Assembly: GCA_030390025.1 (NCBI GenBank) | Contig: JASTWF010000351.1 | Span: 124,001 to 188,000 of the forward strand | Direction of reading: 5' to 3' | DNA length: 64,000 nt | Origin: Squalus acanthias | Taxonomy: Eukaryota | Shown: in pieces, positions 62,110-64,000 of the stretch | Layout: the number at the start of each line of letters is the position of its first letter | Numbering within the stretch: position 1 is the first letter of the stretch | Made by a program: the position numbers and the translations under genes | The notes under the pieces: generated by a model | What the model was told of the DNA's origin: nothing | Seen by the model: the letters and a program-made list of their open reading frames with translations, nothing else | Databases searched by the model: none

Positions 62110-63335
62110 TGTACAATACAAGAGAATGTCAATTACATAATAATTCTCACACTCACATTCATTACCAGTCTAAGAGATACAGAATCAATCCCACACTCAC
62201 AAACAGTAGCAGAACCGACAACTACAGAATAAAGCCCACATTCACAAAGCAGAGACAGACAGGTACAAAGTAAAATCCACAATCACACCAGAAACTGACA
62301 GGTACAGACAAAACACTACATCCATATACTGGAAACTGAGTGAGAGTAAAATCCACACACACATCCTAGAGAACGATAGCTATAGAGTAAAACCTACATT
62401 CGCATACCAGGCTGACAGCTATAGATAAAATCAAAACTCAATTAAAAGAGATTGACAGATACAGGGTGAAATTCGCATTCACATCCCAGAGAGTGACAGG
62501 TACAGGGTGAAACCCACACACAAGCATAGACGGGCAGATACAGACTAAAATCGACACTCCCATACCAGAAATAGGCAGCGACTGATTAAAACCTTACTCA
62601 TATAACAGAAACTGACAGATACAGCATAAATCCCCACTCAGTACTAGAATCTGACATTTACAGAGATCACACGACACTCCCATACAAGAGTCTGAATGGT
62701 ACAGAGTGAAACCCACACTCACACAGCAGAAGCTGAAAGATAAAGAATAAAATCCCAGAGAATGACAGGCACGGAGTAAAGCCCACACTCACACTCCAGA
62801 CTCTGAACGATAAAAGGGACAACAAAACTCAGACACCAGAGAATAATAGAGACAGATGAATGCCATTACTCACAAACCAGTGACTTATAGATGCAGTCTA
62901 AATTCCACACTCCCATCCCAGAAACTGACAGGTACTGAATAAAACCCTTACTCTTACAACAGAAATTGACAGGTACAGCATAAAACCCACACTCACATAC
63001 CAGAGACTGTCAGATACAGAGTGAAACTCACACTCACATACCTCGGACTGTCAGATACAGAGTGAGACTCACACTCACATACCTCGGACTGTCAGATACA
63101 GAGTGAAACTCACACTCACATACCACGGACTGTCAGATACAGAGTGAAACTCACACTCACATACCAGAGACTGTCAGATACAGAGTGAAATTCACATACC
63201 AGAAGATCACAGGTGCATAATAAATCCAACATTTGCATACCAGAAACTGAAGATAGTGAAATAAAACAACACCCACATTCAAGAGACTGACAGATACAGA
63301 ATAAAATCCACAATCACATCCAAGAGACTTTCAGC
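62110..63335. repeat. Degenerate ~41-bp minisatellite in the opposite orientation to 16173-22620
   Basis: cacactcacataccagagactgtcagatacagagtgaaact units; 62135-62270 matches the reverse complement of about 22500-22615. Confidence 0.88.
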
Positions 63336-64000
63336 TATAAGAAAATATGAAATAGTTATAATGACCCTCAAGCTTGCTCCGAAATTCAATAAGATCATAT
63401 CTGAACTTCTACCACAACTCCAATTTCCCACCCTATCCCTATATCCCTTGATTCCCCTAGTGCCCAAACATCTATTATCTCAGTCTTGAATACACTCATC
63501 GACTGAGCATCCACAGCCCCATACAGTGGAGAATTCCAAAGATTCACAACTCTCTGAGTGGATACATTTCTCATCAACTCAGTCCTAATTGTCCGACGTC
63601 TTATGATGAGACTATGGCCCCTAGTTCTAGACTCTCCTGCCAGGGGAAACAGCCTCGCAGCATCTACCGCTGTCAAGCACTCTAAGAATTTGAAATGTTT
63701 CAATGTGATCACCTCTCATTCTTCTAAACTCCAGAGAATATATGGCCATTATAATCAATCTCTCCTCATAGGACAGCCTCGGAATCAATCTCGTGAACAT
63801 TTGATACAGCCCCTCTAAAGCATGTATATCCAACCTCAGATAAGGAGATCAAAATGTGCAAAGTACTCCAGTTATGGTATAACCAAAGGCCTATATAATT
63901 GCAGCAACACATACTTATACATTTACTGCAACCCCTTTGCAATAAAGGCTAACATACCTTTTACCATTCTAATTGTACCTGCATGATAACTTTCTGATAT
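63336..64000 (-). mobile_element. Degenerate CR1 3' portion running off the window end
   Basis: YSLEFRRMRGDHIETF and TQRVVNLWNS fragments. Confidence 0.85.

Overview
Eukaryotic, repeat-rich window, most likely from a cartilaginous fish (inferred from the H1/H2B sequences and repeat families; not verified). It contains a replication-dependent histone cluster: H1+, H4+, H3+, H2A-, H2B-, an inverted second H2A+, and orphan H2B/H4 3' fragments, all with 3' stem-loops. It also holds a tRNA-Gly(TCC) gene and a decayed copy, several CR1 LINEs, a Harbinger-like MITE, a long 40-bp minisatellite, Penelope-like elements (PLEs, GIY-YIG) with minimal hammerhead-ribozyme (HHR) motifs, and a Tx1-type (L1-clade) non-LTR retrotransposon. 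The main finding is that seven Tx1 pieces sit at one nucleotide of one target, ATAACCTGGTGTT^GTGCG, about 39 nt downstream of the predicted HHR cleavage site in the PLE terminal repeat. All are antisense to the PLE. Six form a 15.7-kb head-to-tail array separated by duplicated target motifs, and the empty target is visible in the inverted PLE arms. This looks like a sequence-specific retrotransposon that parasitises another retrotransposon. One 9.4-kb PLE+Tx1 composite splits the H3 promoter. Whether the family is already catalogued cannot be determined without a database search.
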